A DNA stretch of 63,326 bases, the filler included, from Octopus bimaculoides (Eukaryota): assembly GCF_001194135.2 (NCBI RefSeq). It is 8 parts of 8 records of this genome, joined end to end, with 100 filler letters (N's around TTAATTAATTAA, not from the genome) between each part and the next. Parts side by side here need not be neighbours in the genome. Positions count along the whole stretch, not along the records: positions 15,489 to 42,770 come from NC_068999.1; 7 more parts are not named here. The stretch is one strand, 5' to 3'. Shown here piece by piece: positions 22,206-36,919 of the stretch. The position numbers were made by a program, and so were the translations under genes. How positions within the stretch are numbered: the first letter of the stretch is position 1; each line of letters begins with the position of its first letter. Under the pieces are notes generated by a model. The model saw only the letters and a list, made by a program, of their open reading frames with translations. It ran no database searches and was not told the DNA's origin.

Positions 22206-23038
22206 TGTATGTATGAGTGAGAAATTACGACAAACACAAATTCATATTATTAGTTTCTACGTTTCATTATTAGCGCTGCTTGGACACCTTCATTTCAAAG
22301 AATTTCAAAGTCCACAACGGTTTATGCAGAACAGTTTATGGTATTAAGTTACGAAGAACTAATGATATTAGTTCCCTGTTAGTTAATGCTATAAAGCGTT
22401 CCTTGATTATTCCTTCTGGTTAAGCATCCAAATACACTTGGAAAATCCAGCGCAGGATTCCAAGTAACCCTGATGGTGAAACGTATGGACTGATAATATA
22501 AAATTGTGTTTATCGTAATTTGTCTCACATATGCTCTATATTTTGTAACTAATAATACTGTTAAGTATAGTAGGTTCGACTATGATAAACTGTGGTGCAA
22601 TAGGCTTAACAGAATAAGGCGTACTTCTGATTGTACACAGAAGATGCACTACCAACTCTAACCCGTATACAATGGCCTGCTTTCTTCTAAATCCGCGTTT
22701 GATCGTCTCTCCTTCAACATCTCAAATCTATGATCTCTTCCTTGAAGACAGAGGCTCGCCTCATTCTATGATGGAATCAATCTACAAACATTAATATGGA
22801 CCACCGAGTCCTAGAAAGAGCACTTGGGGTTGTAATACTTTTTCTCCACCCCTTTAATTTTCTATACAATGTGTATCTATTTATCTGTGTTTGTGTGTAA
22901 TATATATGTGTGTGTGTATGTGTCTGCATGTGTTCGTTTGTTCGTGTGTGTACGTACATGGATTTTAATATATTTGCATGTACATAAATACATATTAATA
23001 CAGTATAATCTAGAGCTAGGTGTATGTAGAATATTATA

Positions 23039-23522
23039 CAGTAATCCCTCGGCTATCGTGTGTGGGTGTTACGTTCCAAAAACCACGCGATAGGTGAAAA
23101 TCCGCGAAGTAGAAACAGTACTATATATTTATTGTCATTAATTTTATAACTTCTATATATGGCAAGAAGAAAGTTAACAACTGATGAATACTGCCTCCGG
23201 ATTCCCTCCATTTTCTTCTTGCCATATAAATTAAGGGTAAAACCACTTATTACCCTTGCCTAATTATTATACTCAGTAGGGTAATTGCCGTGCAATAACC
23301 AACACTTGTGTATCAATTAGGTATTCTACCAGCAGTACATTGGTTAGATACTATCCTTTAGTTGGTTAGATTCACAATCTCTAACTCACTTTCTTTAACT
23401 TCTATATATTTATTTTATTATAAACACAAGACAACACCACGGAGGAATCGACATAAGCTTAAATAATAAACTGTGATAGGTGAACCGCGATTGGTGAACC
23501 GCGATATGGCGATGGATTACTG
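23039..23522. mobile_element. Tigger/pogo-like non-autonomous element (MITE)
   Basis: TA|CAGTAATCCCTCG at the left end and CGATGGATTACTG|TA at the right: TIRs with a TA target duplication. Confidence 0.8.
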
Positions 23523-24020
23523 TATATATATATATTCATTCATGTGAAAAGAAAACCTGAATTACATATTGCAAACCATAGTTTCACTCAATCTTCTCTC
23601 TATGCATACACAAAATGCAAGTCAAAAGTGCTAAGACAGAAAACGCGACCGGTGATCTTTTATTTATATATCAGACGCCTTTTTATAAGCTATATAATTT
23701 TAGCTACATTAAATATCTTAGCATTTTCTGAGCTATTCTGATACATACGATTAAAGTACCCGAGTCATGTCTCTGAATAATTTCCTATCTAAATTATGCT
23801 CATTTTCCCCACTATGGTTCTATATTTTATATTATAGTCATGAGTCTTTCTCTTTATCCCTCTCTCTCCTTCGCACCTTCTCTCTCTCACTATCTACCTG
23901 TCTGTCTGTATGTCTGTCTTTCTGTCTATCTGTCTCTAGCTCTATCTATATATCCGTCTTTCTGCTTGATAGATACATGCATATTGCTCTCTGTCTATCT
24001 CTCTCTCTCGCTATCTCTTG

Positions 24021-24051
<31 letters not shown>

Positions 24052-24600
24052 CATGCATAAAAGTTCGCTTGTGCGAATATGTATGTTTGTATTCATGTCT
24101 GTCTGTATGCTTGTGTGAGTATATGCGTGTATGTGAATGTTAGGTAGTCCATAAATGTTCATGTGTATTTGTACTTATCTAGCTCATTAAACATACATTG
24201 CGTGCATTTGTACTCTAAGAGAAACAATGATGGAATTGTAATTGTGAATGTGGTGGTGGAGATGTTGGTACTGATGGAGGCTAGAAGAACCGGGAAAATC
24301 GTTATGATTGAATAGTCGAACTAATCACTGAAATGATGGATCGCTGGACTGAATGGATGGTTGGGTGATGGCGAATTGTATTCATCTTTCTTCTCTTACA
24401 CACATCCTCCTCTTACTACACCTCACCAATAAATTTCAATCATTAGCATTTAAATGTGTGTTGCTAATCGTGCTGATTTTTTTCTTCTTTTTTTTAAGTG
24501 ACTTTTTGTTGCTGCCGATGTGTCCGTGCCGATGTGTCCTTTTAATTTGTATTTGATATTGTTCTGGTTAGTGTTACTGCTCTTTTCTACACTTTAAAAA

Positions 24601-24652
<52 letters not shown>
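24601..24652. repeat. (TAG)n microsatellite (another at 33318-33372)
   Basis: Direct reading. Confidence 0.95.
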
Positions 24653-24653
<1 letters not shown>

Positions 24654-24684
24654 ATGATGGTGAGGGTGATGATAATCCTTTTTA

Positions 24685-24855
24685 CTATTGGCACAAAGCC
24701 TGAAATTTGGGGAGAGGGGTTAAGTTGATTGCATCGATCTCAGTACTCATCTGGCATTAAATTTATCAACACAGAAATGATGAAAGGCAAAGTCGACTTC
24801 GGTGGAATTTGAACTCAGAACGTAACAGCAGACAAAATACCGCTAAGCATCTCGA
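24685..24855 (-). mobile_element. SINE type B
   Basis: gaaaggcaaagtcgacttcggtggaatttgaactcagaacgta. Confidence 0.8.
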
Positions 24856-27800
24856 AATTTGAAAACAGAAATTGTTTTCATCATCGTATCTAACAAGATG
24901 GCATCAAATTGAAAATGAAGCCTGGGGTAATTTCTACGCAGCAGTCTCAAATATAAAACTGAAATTTAAAAAGTAATGCTTTCTCCTTTACTGTTGGATT
25001 GTGCAATAATATTTATCTCCCTTGCTAACTTGACCAATGAATGTAAGCTAACGTCATAAAAATGTTTTTCTCTTGGTTATTGTATTCAAACGTTTTGTTG
25101 CTATTTATTCTTTGCAAAGTACGTGTGAAGTGCCAATTTATGGTTGTATAGTGTAATTTTCAATTCACTTACAAACATGTTTTTACGTATGAATTAAAAT
25201 GGATTGAGGGAGCTTAAATAGTTTATCGGTAAACGCAAGATATTTCTAATAAAACTACTGAAGATGTTCATAGTTCAAACTGCCGCTCTAGAATATCCTA
25301 GATCACAGCCTTAAATGTCGAACGTCGAGTAGTCTAACGTTTTAAGTACAGTGAACGAACAGATATTTATAATTTCATGCTTTATTTTATCTAAATATGT
25401 TGAATTTATCAATGCTAATTTTGCTGCTGCTTTTGTTATTGTATTTGTAGTTGTTGTCTATTCTTTTTTGTGCTTCAAGCTTCATGGGTCAAAATTACAG
25501 TAAAATGCATTTCAACCTATTCTATCTAGGTTTCTCTTGGATTGCAACTGTCCTCGAAGTACTGGTATATATCTTTGTTCGCTTTGTTTCTTACGAGTAA
25601 CAAGATAGATGTTCACATGTTGGCTTCATGAAGAGACATTTTTCGAACGAAGATTTTTGAAATGCGCGATGGTCATTTAAATAAATCCCAATATCTCAAT
25701 ATGCATGTGTTTTTAGCATTTCAGAAGACCGAAATGATTTATTCCTCTTAAATCACTATTTAGGAATATTTCATTTACACTACGGACTGAGATATTACAC
25801 CCAGTCAATGAATCTACATTAAGTTCCCTTCTTTTGCACAACGGTCGAGCTGTGGTTCTTTGTTAATCTTGAGCACTTGGCTAGATCTGATCAAATTGAC
25901 CTGTTATCGTAAACAATCTAATCCTGACCATTCCGTATTTTATACGCAGAGAATGTACCTCTTACTCTGTTATGTAATGTGTTTCAATTTCTTAACAGAT
26001 GAAAGGTTATTTTGATAAAGATCTTATAGTCATTACTTGTAGAACGAGAATTCAAGACACAAGTCTAAAAATTATATGTGAAGGAACAGGTGATTAAATC
26101 GTTCACACTACAAATTACTGTTTACAGGTATCGAAGCCAGGATTATAGAAGTAAATGTCTTTACACCAGAAACGTGTTAAAAACTTTACAGTTTTATCAA
26201 ATACAAGGAACTCGCAACAATTGTAATATTGATTATTTGTAATCACCATAGTTGAGATATGGTTGGAGACAAAACTTGTCCATGACAGTTAATTAGTGGA
26301 ATTGTCAAAGCAATTTTCCGCATTTTCGTTTCCATTTTACACCTGCTACTATAATATAGCGAATCCTTATCTAAAATTGATTTTACCAACCGACATCTTT
26401 ACTAACGGTGGTGGTAGTGTGTAGATACTTGTTTGATTATATATTCTTGATAGAGCCTATTCTCAACAGAAATTCCTAGTAAACTTAAGCGATTATCCCT
26501 GGTTTATAGAGGGCTTAGGAAGAAAACAAATATGGTAGACATATACTGCCGATACGTCGCGAGAATCCATCCGTTCGATTTAATCACTGTTTCATTGTTA
26601 TTTCTGTCGTCGTTGTCATGATTGATTTGTAGATGAAGCAATGAACATATGACCAAAGAAAAGTCGAGCCGTAGACAACATCTCTTCTTGTATATCAAAA
26701 ACTAGATTGTCCAACGCGCTCCTTCATCTTAGAGAGGCTGAAATGTTTTTTTTTTTTTTTGAGAGATATTCTGAGTTTTATCAGCAGGAGAGGTTCGTAA
26801 GTCTCTCCATTGGTTCATATCAACTGATAAAGAGATGAGTTGAAATCACCACAAATCAAACGAAACTAGTACTTCATAACTATTTACGATATTGTTTTAT
26901 TACTAAGATCAATGTGTTCATTTTAGCTTTATATAAGCAAAGTCGATAAAATATGAACCATGATTATTATTCGGGTGATGAAATCATCAACGTTTTACAT
27001 TTCAAAGATGTCCATAAGAGAATTATTAACACATGAACACAAGGCATTTGTGTGAGAAGGAAAACATTTTCAATGCTCTCGTATGAATGTGGTGATAAAG
27101 AAACTAAATATATTTAACAATATTTCGAAGTGAAATATAAACGATCACTGGGTGTGATTTTGTTACATCTTGGTGTCTTTGTATTATTGATTACTAGTAT
27201 AATCACACAGCTTTATGTGACCCTGAAACATTCATGATCACAAAATGTAATTATATGATGAATACACATGGAGATATATTTGAACATTACTTTGCTATAT
27301 GTACATGTGTACACACACACACAGACAAACTTATATATATATATATACAACTATATATATACATATAGCAATATTAAATCTCTGAGCGCGAGATTACATA
27401 TATGCATGTACACACAAACGCACATCTATATATCCAAACTTGTGTGTATAAACATACATATATTTACAGACATACATATACTCAAGCATGTGTATATGCA
27501 TATTAATGAATATATACGTACAGATATAAATAAATATATACTTAGAATTACCTGGGTATGTATATACATTTAGAACTAAATATATAGATATCTAACATGA
27601 ATATACTTTATATCTATCTATGTATATATATGTCCACCCACACACATAGACATATGTACGAAAACCAGTTTATATCGTTTGTGTCATAATTCTTTTAACG
27701 CGTTTTACCATACAACACTACTACAGAAAATATTCTCCATAGTCACATGGAATATGACGACTTAAAAAGAATCCAAAGCAAATTCACATTATCGAATACA

Positions 27801-27949
27801 TATATCTAAAAGCAAAACAATACTGTGTGAAGTTCTTCAGATGTGACAAAATATTGCTCTCAAGTGATATCAATTGATTATTAGATGTATCTAAATAATC
27901 AGTGATCAATATATTAGGAACACAGGGATACGGTAAATGCATACATACA

Positions 27950-28029
<80 letters not shown>

Positions 28030-28033
28030 CATA

Positions 28034-28076
<43 letters not shown>

Positions 28077-28315
28077 NNNNNNNNNNNNNNNNNNNNNNNN
28101 NNNNNNNNNNNNNNNNNNNNNNNNNNNNNNNNNNNNNNNNNNNNNNNNNNNNNNNNNNNNNNNNNNNNNNNNNNNNNNNNNNNNNNNNNNNNNNNNNNNN
28201 NNNNNNNNNNNNNNNNNNNNNNNNNNNNNNNNNNNNNNNNNNNNNNNNNNNNNNNNNNNNNNNNNNNNNNNNNNNNNNNNNNNNNNNNNNNNNNNNNNNN
28301 NNNNNNNNNNNNNNN

Positions 28316-28367
<52 letters not shown>

Positions 28368-29385
28368 ATATGCACATATAAATATATATATGAATATATT
28401 ATAACGACAGAAAGAGAGAGAGATCGACGCAGTCACTAATTCATATATGTGTTCATGTGTTTTGATATGTGCAGACATGTGTATGCGTGTGGTCAAATAC
28501 GTGAGAATGGTGTGCATGTTTATTGAATATTTGTTTCCGCAAATACTAAGCTTTCCTGCTTTACCTGTTCACCCTATCTTTCTTTCCTCCCTGCTTGCTT
28601 TGTTTCCTTGTTTCTTTCTTTCTTCTTTGCTCTTCCTTTCTCTTTTCTCTCTCTCGATATATATATATANNNNNNNNNNTACATATATGTAACAATATAT
28701 GTGTTCATGTATGTGGTACATGGATGTGTTTGTTTTTGTATAAGTGCATGTCTGATTGCTCAGATATCGTGTGTACATTCATTAATAATTATATCAATTT
28801 CAACGTTAGCATATCAAATTTAAAGTTTACTTCTTCAACGCTTAGAATCTGCCAATGAAACTATATAATTACATCATCAGTATTTCCTGTCTCAAGAACA
28901 ATGGTGTAGTTTTTCAACAATTTAGTTGCTATCAATGAGGATGTACAAGATTAATGTCATTGATGTTGCCAGATATGTTTCCTTAGTTGATGCTATCTTC
29001 TTTATCATTCCGTTTATTGATGTCATTTAGTGTTAACAACCAGTGCACGTTTTTGATCTTATGTTTGCGTAATTAATTAACTGACAGTGAAATGTTTTTT
29101 AGTGTAATTCCATTAATTTGATATCGGCGAATTGTCATCTTCCTCTGTAGTGGTTTAAAACTATTAAGTTTTTATTAAGCACCACATGCCGAACTTATTT
29201 TAAATCAGATGCGTCTCGTTGTAATATACTTTGTTAGATCATGGAAAATGTTGTATTCGTTAGCCGTTTTATTCAAACATATGACAGTCACACAAATGCC
29301 TGTCTATACAACGTTATTATTCGTCTGGTTATTATAAACAACTATTCCATTAGCATGTTTGGATTTTGTTGTTACTCTTACTGTT

Positions 29386-29709
29386 GGCGGCGCAATGGCC
29401 CAGTGGTTAGGGCAGCGAACTTGCGGTCATAGGATCACGGTTTCGATCCCAAGACCGGGCGTTGTGAGTGTTTATTGAGCGAAAACACCTAAAGCTCCAT
29501 AACTTTCTCTCACTCTTACTTCCTGTTTCTGTTGTGCCTGTAATTCAAAGGGTCAGCCTTGTCACACTGTGGCACGCTGAATATCCCCGAGAACTACGTT
29601 AAAGGGTACACGTGTCTGTGGAGCGCTCAGCCACTTGCACGTTAATTTCATTGATCGGATCAACTGGAACCCTCGACGCAGTAGGCGACGGAGTGTTAAC
29701 AACAACAAC
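29386..29709 (+). mobile_element. SINE type C (internal deletion)
   Basis: Head ggcgcaatggcccagtggttaggg and tail aacaacaac. Confidence 0.88.
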
Positions 29710-30291
29710 TTTTACTGTTAACTCTTATCATGCTATTCCTGGCTTTTGATAAAATGTATTTAAGTACTGTGTATGTAATTTTTCTTTACGTTAAATATAT
29801 GATATCTTCGGCCGCATTGCCCAACAAATAAAGCATATCTGTGATCTGAGAGTGAGGTATTTTTCACAGGAGATCTTAGACAGGGAGCTTAGACAGAGGT
29901 TTTATTTATTTATTTTTTTTGTCTTGTTCAAATTTTAGATATATAGCAGTGAATAATTAAGATGTAATATTGTGAACAAGTGGACATATTTCGACATTTA
30001 TCCGATATATTTCTGTTGGTTTGTTACGCTCATTCCTAGATACAGTGAAATATAAAACGGCTATCAGTCGTCGATGACTACTTCGTAACAGACTGTAGCA
30101 TGATCAGAATGAGGTAAAACTGCAGAGCTATAAGTATGTATGTATAGATATATATCTGTGTGTGTGTGTTTCACATCCGTTTAGCGGACATCCACACAAG
30201 GAAATAAATACAGAATATTCAGTGCAAACGTTATGCTATACGAAAACATTAAAAAAAAATTATGCTTGTATTTGTTGCTCAGGTAATATGA

Positions 30292-30329
<38 letters not shown>

Positions 30330-30357
30330 ATGCATGTATTTATATACATACACAAAT

Positions 30358-30388
<31 letters not shown>

Positions 30389-30422
30389 AAGAGAGAGATA
30401 ACGAGTGACAGACAGAAAGACG

Positions 30423-30484
<62 letters not shown>

Positions 30485-30503
30485 CAGACAGATAGATAGA
30501 TAG
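30358..30503. repeat. (GACA)n/(GATA)n compound microsatellite (similar at 40119-40222, 53759-53822 and 57850-57976)
   Basis: Direct reading. Confidence 0.95.
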
Positions 30504-30539
30504 ATGTGCGTGTGTATAGGTATGCACGTATAACTTTTT

Positions 30540-30800
30540 ACTTGTACCTTTTACTTTTTGAGTCAGAGTATTGTGGCCATGCTGGGGCACCGCATCTCAC
30601 AATGCTCAGTAGAACAAATTCTCCCCAGTAATTTTTAAAGCCTCCTACTTATGTTACCCGTTATTGTACGGGAACGTAAACAAGTGCACCAGTCTTCAAA
30701 TGGTGGGTAACAGACACATTGTCGCGGGATCACACATAGTCGAACCGAACCCGGAATCATGTGGATAGTATGGAGACTTCTTATCAATTTCCATGCCTGC
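30540..30800 (-). mobile_element. SINE type A (decayed)
   Basis: Tail ggccatgctggggcaccg and head remnant gaacccggaatcatgtgg. Confidence 0.6.
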
Positions 30801-31764
30801 ACTTATGTATATATGTATAATTATGTATTGAAATGTACGTGTGCGTGTGTGGGGGGGGGGATATGTATATTTTTATGCGCGTGCGTGGGCACGAGTGTAC
30901 ATGTGTGGAGGGAAACACAGCGAGATTTAGGAAATTTATGTCTAATATTTTCATTCTGCTCTAATGATTGTCACAATTTCAACCAGAGATCGGAATTACA
31001 TTTTTCTAGTTAATCTTATTTTCTTTTACTTGATTATACGTCAATTCCTTTCTAGATTGATAAATAATGAGATCGGATACCATCATGTTTAACCAGTCAT
31101 ATGAAAATATATTATCAACGAATTGGAAGTGAAAAGTGAAATAGCAACAGCAGGAATAAAATGACATTTGCGAATTAATATCGCTAAGATTTTTATCTTT
31201 AATCTCCACTGATCATCACCTCAATATCACCATATTGTCATCTAATATTTCTACTTTTCTCTATCCTAACTTTTGCGGCTTCTCACTCTTCCTCCCTGCC
31301 TCTCTATCACTTTGCTGGATTTATTTCTTATGTCATATATATAATGTTATAATCTTAAATCTAAATCTCGCATCAGCGAGCAATAACCAGAACGTAATTA
31401 CAGTTATTCAACAAACAGTTTTCTTATAGAGAATTTTCAAACATTCCAAGGAATGTATTTTCGCTTCGAAATATGTTACTTTGAAATACTTTCCAGAGCG
31501 CAAATCAATGAGAAACTCTTTCAAAGTATTAAGACTTCATTTTCTTATTTTTCACTTCTGCACGCAGAACGTTCCAGCTAATTGAGACATACAAATGTGT
31601 GTGTGCGCGCACACACACATGCACATACACACACGCGCGCAGGCATTCGCATTTATATTGATACGTCATATGTTGCTGAAGCTGTGTCTAGTTACACATA
31701 CACACGAGTACCTGCATAAACGCAGCTATTTTATCCTTCTCCACTATTCAGAATGCCTACTATA

Positions 31765-31820
<56 letters not shown>

Positions 31821-32149
31821 NNNNNNNNNNGGTGTATTAGTGTAACACTCCAGAAGAATGGAAAAATCTTTGATGTTTCGAGCCTACGCATTTCGACAGA
31901 AAGGCTTCAGAAGAAAAAAAAAGATACACAAGAACAAAAAAAAAAAAAATACACAACAACAAAAAAAGATACACAACAGCAAAAAAAAAAAATCGGAGAC
32001 AAAAAAAAAAGAAATGGAGTGAGAAAAAATGTGGTGTAGGGATTATCGGTTATATATATAGATGTGTGTGTGTGCATGTATGTGTACGTGTGTATGTATG
32101 TATGCATGTATACGTTTGTGTATAATATATAAAATAAATAATATATATG

Positions 32150-32460
32150 CATACATGTGGCTATCTGGTTAGAAGCTTGCTTATCAGACACGAGGATTCG
32201 GGTTTAATCGCACCCTATGGCACCTGAGACAAGTGTCTTCTACTATAGCTCTTCTACTAAAGCCTTGTGAGTGGATCGTATAAACGGAAACTGAAAAAAG
32301 CCCGACGTTTATATACATATATATATTTACATATAACCTTTGTATGTGAGTGTGAATGTATGCGTGTCTGTGTGTGTCACAACCCCACCATTGCGCAACC
32401 GTTGGTAGTATGTTTACATGCCGGAAACTAAGCAGAGACAGGTAAGTAATACGCTTAAAA
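32150..32460 (+). mobile_element. SINE type A (decayed)
   Basis: Core aagccttgtgagtgga...ggaaactg is present. Confidence 0.7.
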
Positions 32461-32574
32461 AATCAAAAAACCAAAAAAAAAAACATTGACATAACTCGTT
32501 CGACTAAAATTAGTTCAGTTATGACTGAGAACCCATCATGGCCACTCTCTGATGACAGAAACAAGTCAAAGATA

Positions 32575-32620
<46 letters not shown>

Positions 32621-33317
32621 TTATTATTGAGTGTGTAGGTGTGTAATATACTGTTTTATAAAGAAATAACAAGTGTACACAAGGAACATACAATTCTTTA
32701 ATGTAATAAGTTTTCGGGCAAAACACATACGCAACAACTGTGTTTGCGTATGAGTAAGTTAGTGTATAAGTATTTGGCTTATGTTTGTGTTCTGGTGTTT
32801 ATTCCTATGATGATATATGTTCTGCTTTTATGATTACACTTGTGGCCGAAACGTAATTACTTCCTCTGAGACTGATAAATTGCTCCACAGTTCACAATAA
32901 GCTTATTTTACTTTGTTAATATACAGTAAAATAACAGAAGAACATAACGAAAGGATATATTATTACCGTGTTTCCAGTAGAGGCATTAAAAAATACTAGC
33001 AATAATTTTGTCATCATTTATCCTATTATTCTTTGAATGGATGTTGTAATCCGAAGAAGGGAAGAAAAAGTGAAAATGATTGTTAGGTTCATCGACTGGC
33101 ATGATCATTCTTGGGTGGATTCCCAACTCTTTGTCGGCATTTGAATTTCGTTGATATATCTTTTACGTTATCTGTCTTACGTATCTGTTCCACTCTACAT
33201 TTTCGTTAATGGTATGCGAAATGAATGCCTTTATGCCCATGACTGTGGCCCATTTTCTCCGACTACAAAATTAATAACAATACCAAAGTTATTAATAATA
33301 ATAATAACAGCAGCAAC

Positions 33318-33372
<55 letters not shown>

Positions 33373-34043
33373 ATTTAACTGATCGGAAGTGTTATGTACG
33401 TTGTGTTTTTCTTGGTATAAAAGATGGGCTATAGCAATGTTTTTGCTTATTACCACAGATATGCTTGTCAGTTGTTTGACCTTAACCAGTTGAGCATGTC
33501 CATTAATGGCTGACGATATGTGCATCTATGATCACGAGCAGAAGTAGTGGGGGAGCATGATAAACATGTGTTGAGAGGAATTCTTTGGGGTTCGGGTAAG
33601 CCACCTTTCGAAATATGGGTATTTCGTTCAACATTTTTAAACAACCCTTATTTAGGGACCTTTTGAGCGGGCTGGGTTACTGAACCTGAAGAAAATTCTA
33701 ACTGGGCCCCTCCTTGTAGGTCATGCGCTGAGGCGGCTGAGGAAATAGTTGTTTGAAACAAATGAGGATATTTTTCTGCCACATGCTGGTAACTTTCATA
33801 TAACACTTTTAATATGCCAGCGAAATTTCGGCGCTAGTTAATCACTAAAGGACTTCTGTAACATATTATAATTAGTTTGCTAAAATTATGCATGATATTT
33901 TGACGTTCCTCCCTAATGTTAATTTTGTCATTTGCAACTTCCTTTAATCATGATTCATTGTAACCGCGTTCATTGCATTGTTTTGTAAAATTTTCGTTTC
34001 AATTTTATTGTCTTAATGATTATAGTATTATTATTTTTTATTA

Positions 34044-34175
34044 GGCGCAGGAGTGGGTGTGTGGTTAGAAGCTTGCTTCCCAATCACATAGCAGCGGGTT
34101 CGGTCTCACTGCCTGGCACCTTGGGCCGACCGAAGCCTTGTGAATGGATCTGGTAGACGGAAACTGAAAGAAGCC

Positions 34176-34213
<38 letters not shown>

Positions 34214-34325
34214 AGACTGGTAGATTAAGTACTAGGCTTACAAAGGAGAAGTCCTGGGTCGATTTGTTCAACTAAACGCGGTGCCCCAGCATGGCCGCAT
34301 TTAAATGACTGAAAGAATTAAAAGA
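34044..34325 (+). mobile_element. SINE type A (internally deleted)
   Basis: Head, core and tail are recognisable. Confidence 0.8.
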
Positions 34326-35506
34326 ATATATATACAAATTCCCAAGATATATATATATATATATATATATGTATGCGTGTGTGTGTGTGTATATGTGTAT
34401 GTTTGTATGTTTGTCTGTATGTGCGTATGTATGTTCATGTGCTTTATGTCTATGTTTTTTTTTTTGTTTCACCCACAGTTCGGCAACATATTTTGGTTTG
34501 TTTCCATTCCTGCAACCTAGAGATTCGAGATAAGTGACCGATAGTACAAGTCTCAGGTTTAAAATTAAAAAAAAACTTAAGTACGGGCGGCAATTTGTTC
34601 CACCGAAATCTCCCAACGCAATATAATAGCGTGGCCGCAGTGAAATTACTAAAGCAATAAAAGATAATTGAGCAATGTAGGTAGTCAGAAAAATTCTATA
34701 AAACAGGTATTCGAAGTAAAATCTAAATAATATCCATGAAAGTTTTGTAACACAAAACACTTTTATTTGGTGAACGGGCACCGCTCTATGTTTTATATTC
34801 AGCTTATTTTCGTTGTTCAAATTCCAATAGGTTCAACCATCACTTTGTCTACTTCGGTAGCCTGTTACTCAAGGGAGATGTTTCCACCTCAAATTATCAG
34901 ACATTGTGCTTACGATGTGACTTTCTTGTTGTTTTGATATGTTTACACGTACTTATCCTCTCTTCGTCTAGCAATAAACATCTATTTACATTAGAAGAGA
35001 TTCGTCTATTGTATACACATTTAATCATTCGTGCCTGAAAGATATAGATTGAATGAGACGATATGATTTGAACGTTAAGGAGGATGATCCAGCTGTATAC
35101 AACAACATAACATCCATTAAGTTAGTGAAAAAACTTGCAGCAATAAAGAAAATATTGACAAACGGAAGAAAAAAAGTGAAGAGAAGCTAAACAGTTAGAA
35201 TGAATATAGCAAATATGGTGGCCCAGATAGAGAATCAGAGATATGAAAATAAATAATATATCTAAGAAAACACAAATAAAGCAAGTAAGAATAAATATAA
35301 AAATGCAGAAAATGAAACGAAATAAGTGGTGGAAAAAAAAAACAAGAACGAAAGAATAACGTAGAAAGACTTTGAATAACTTTGAAGTAAGACAAGGTAA
35401 GATATTGAAGAAAATAATATATATGTGTATGATAAAATTCGTGATATTAAAAGTAATAGCACTACTCGTAATATTAATGTTGCAGTACATTTGTCGAAAT
35501 GTACTC

Positions 35507-35544
<38 letters not shown>

Positions 35545-36559
35545 TAATCAAAATACAAGAAAGGAAACCAAGGATGAAGCTAGAAGACCATTTTATGAAT
35601 AAGAGAAAGGAAATAGAGAAAGAGGATATGACAAAAATTAATAAAATAAAATAGGATGCACACACACGCACACACACTCTCTCTCTCTCACACACACGTA
35701 TTTATATTTATATTTATGTGTAAATTTATATATACATGTGCATATATATACATACATGTATGAATATGTATTATATATATATTTGAATTCCGCCTAAAAG
35801 GAAACATCGTGTTCTTTGGGCATTTTATATACGAATAAACATCTTGTTATGTGTTTCATTTATTGGTTTCATGGAAATAACAAAAGACAAAGTTTTGGAA
35901 AGTTATAATTTTTCGAATGTAAATACAATATATTAAATTCTAACACATAACTTTCTATGTACCTATTGTCTAGATCAATACCTGAATGTATGTACGTATG
36001 TGTGTGAGAGTGTGTTTGTGTGTATTACACACGCATGATCACTTTCTTACATGTCTACTTAAACTTTATTCTCTTTTATTTTATGTTCTTATATTTATAT
36101 GTCCCTATCTTCAGCTAACATTTTGTTAATATTTTGATGTCTGAATTTGCTACTTGTTTTGTCTTCCCAGAGGCACCGCCGTTTCCACATATCACTCCAT
36201 TTCTTGGTCTTCATGATTTGGTCAATCAACCTTTTCCTGCTCTAAGTCTCATACCCTGTCTTTCATATCTAGAAGACCCTTAAGCCTTGGAGACTCCTCT
36301 CTGCTCATGTCTGTAGTCTTTGGCCTTCAGTAGTTTAAATGAAATATTAACATCGCAACTTTCATTATCTCATTGATCCCACAGTCCCTGCAATGTAATG
36401 GCCTCCACTCCAAAAATTTCAAGCCTTGTGCCTACAGTAGAAAAGAATACAAATTTTGCTTGTGCATTCCGTCTTCTCTTTTTTATCTTTAATATACATA
36501 TATGAAATTTCGGTAAAAAAAAAAAAATGAGACCAACCGCATAAATATCTGGCTTTAAA

Positions 36560-36629
36560 CATGTTTAGGTTGTACATTATTTACATTTGACGGATATTTG
36601 TCTTCATCTTGTTTGTTGTTGTTAATAAT

Positions 36630-36718
<89 letters not shown>

Positions 36719-36919
36719 TAATAATAATAATGATAATGACATCGAAAAGTACCTTAGGAATGAGAACCCAGGTTCGAAATTTCCTCAAAACACCTGATGA
36801 AAGTTGGAGGGTATATCAGCCGAAACAAGATGAGGACACATATCCGTCAAATGTAGATAATGTAAACAATGTACATAATTCATCATCTCTTAAATATAGA
36901 ACTGCATGTTTAGGTTGTA
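36560..36919. mobile_element. Penelope-like mini-insertion with an inverted tail, (AAT)n core and 15-bp flanking direct repeat
   Basis: catgtttaggttgta occurs at 36560-36574 and 36905-36919. 36575-36613 is an inverted copy of about 36823-36865. CTGATGA..GAAAC is at 36794-36826. Confidence 0.65.
36622..36737. repeat. (AAT)n microsatellite (others at 35507-35545 and 46859-46920)
   Basis: Direct reading. Confidence 0.95.

Noticed and set aside
27195-27222. Minus-strand GHIKLCDY resembling kinase subdomain VII
   Set aside because: Only 28 nt, lacks the DFG/DYG glycine, and no other kinase exons were found.
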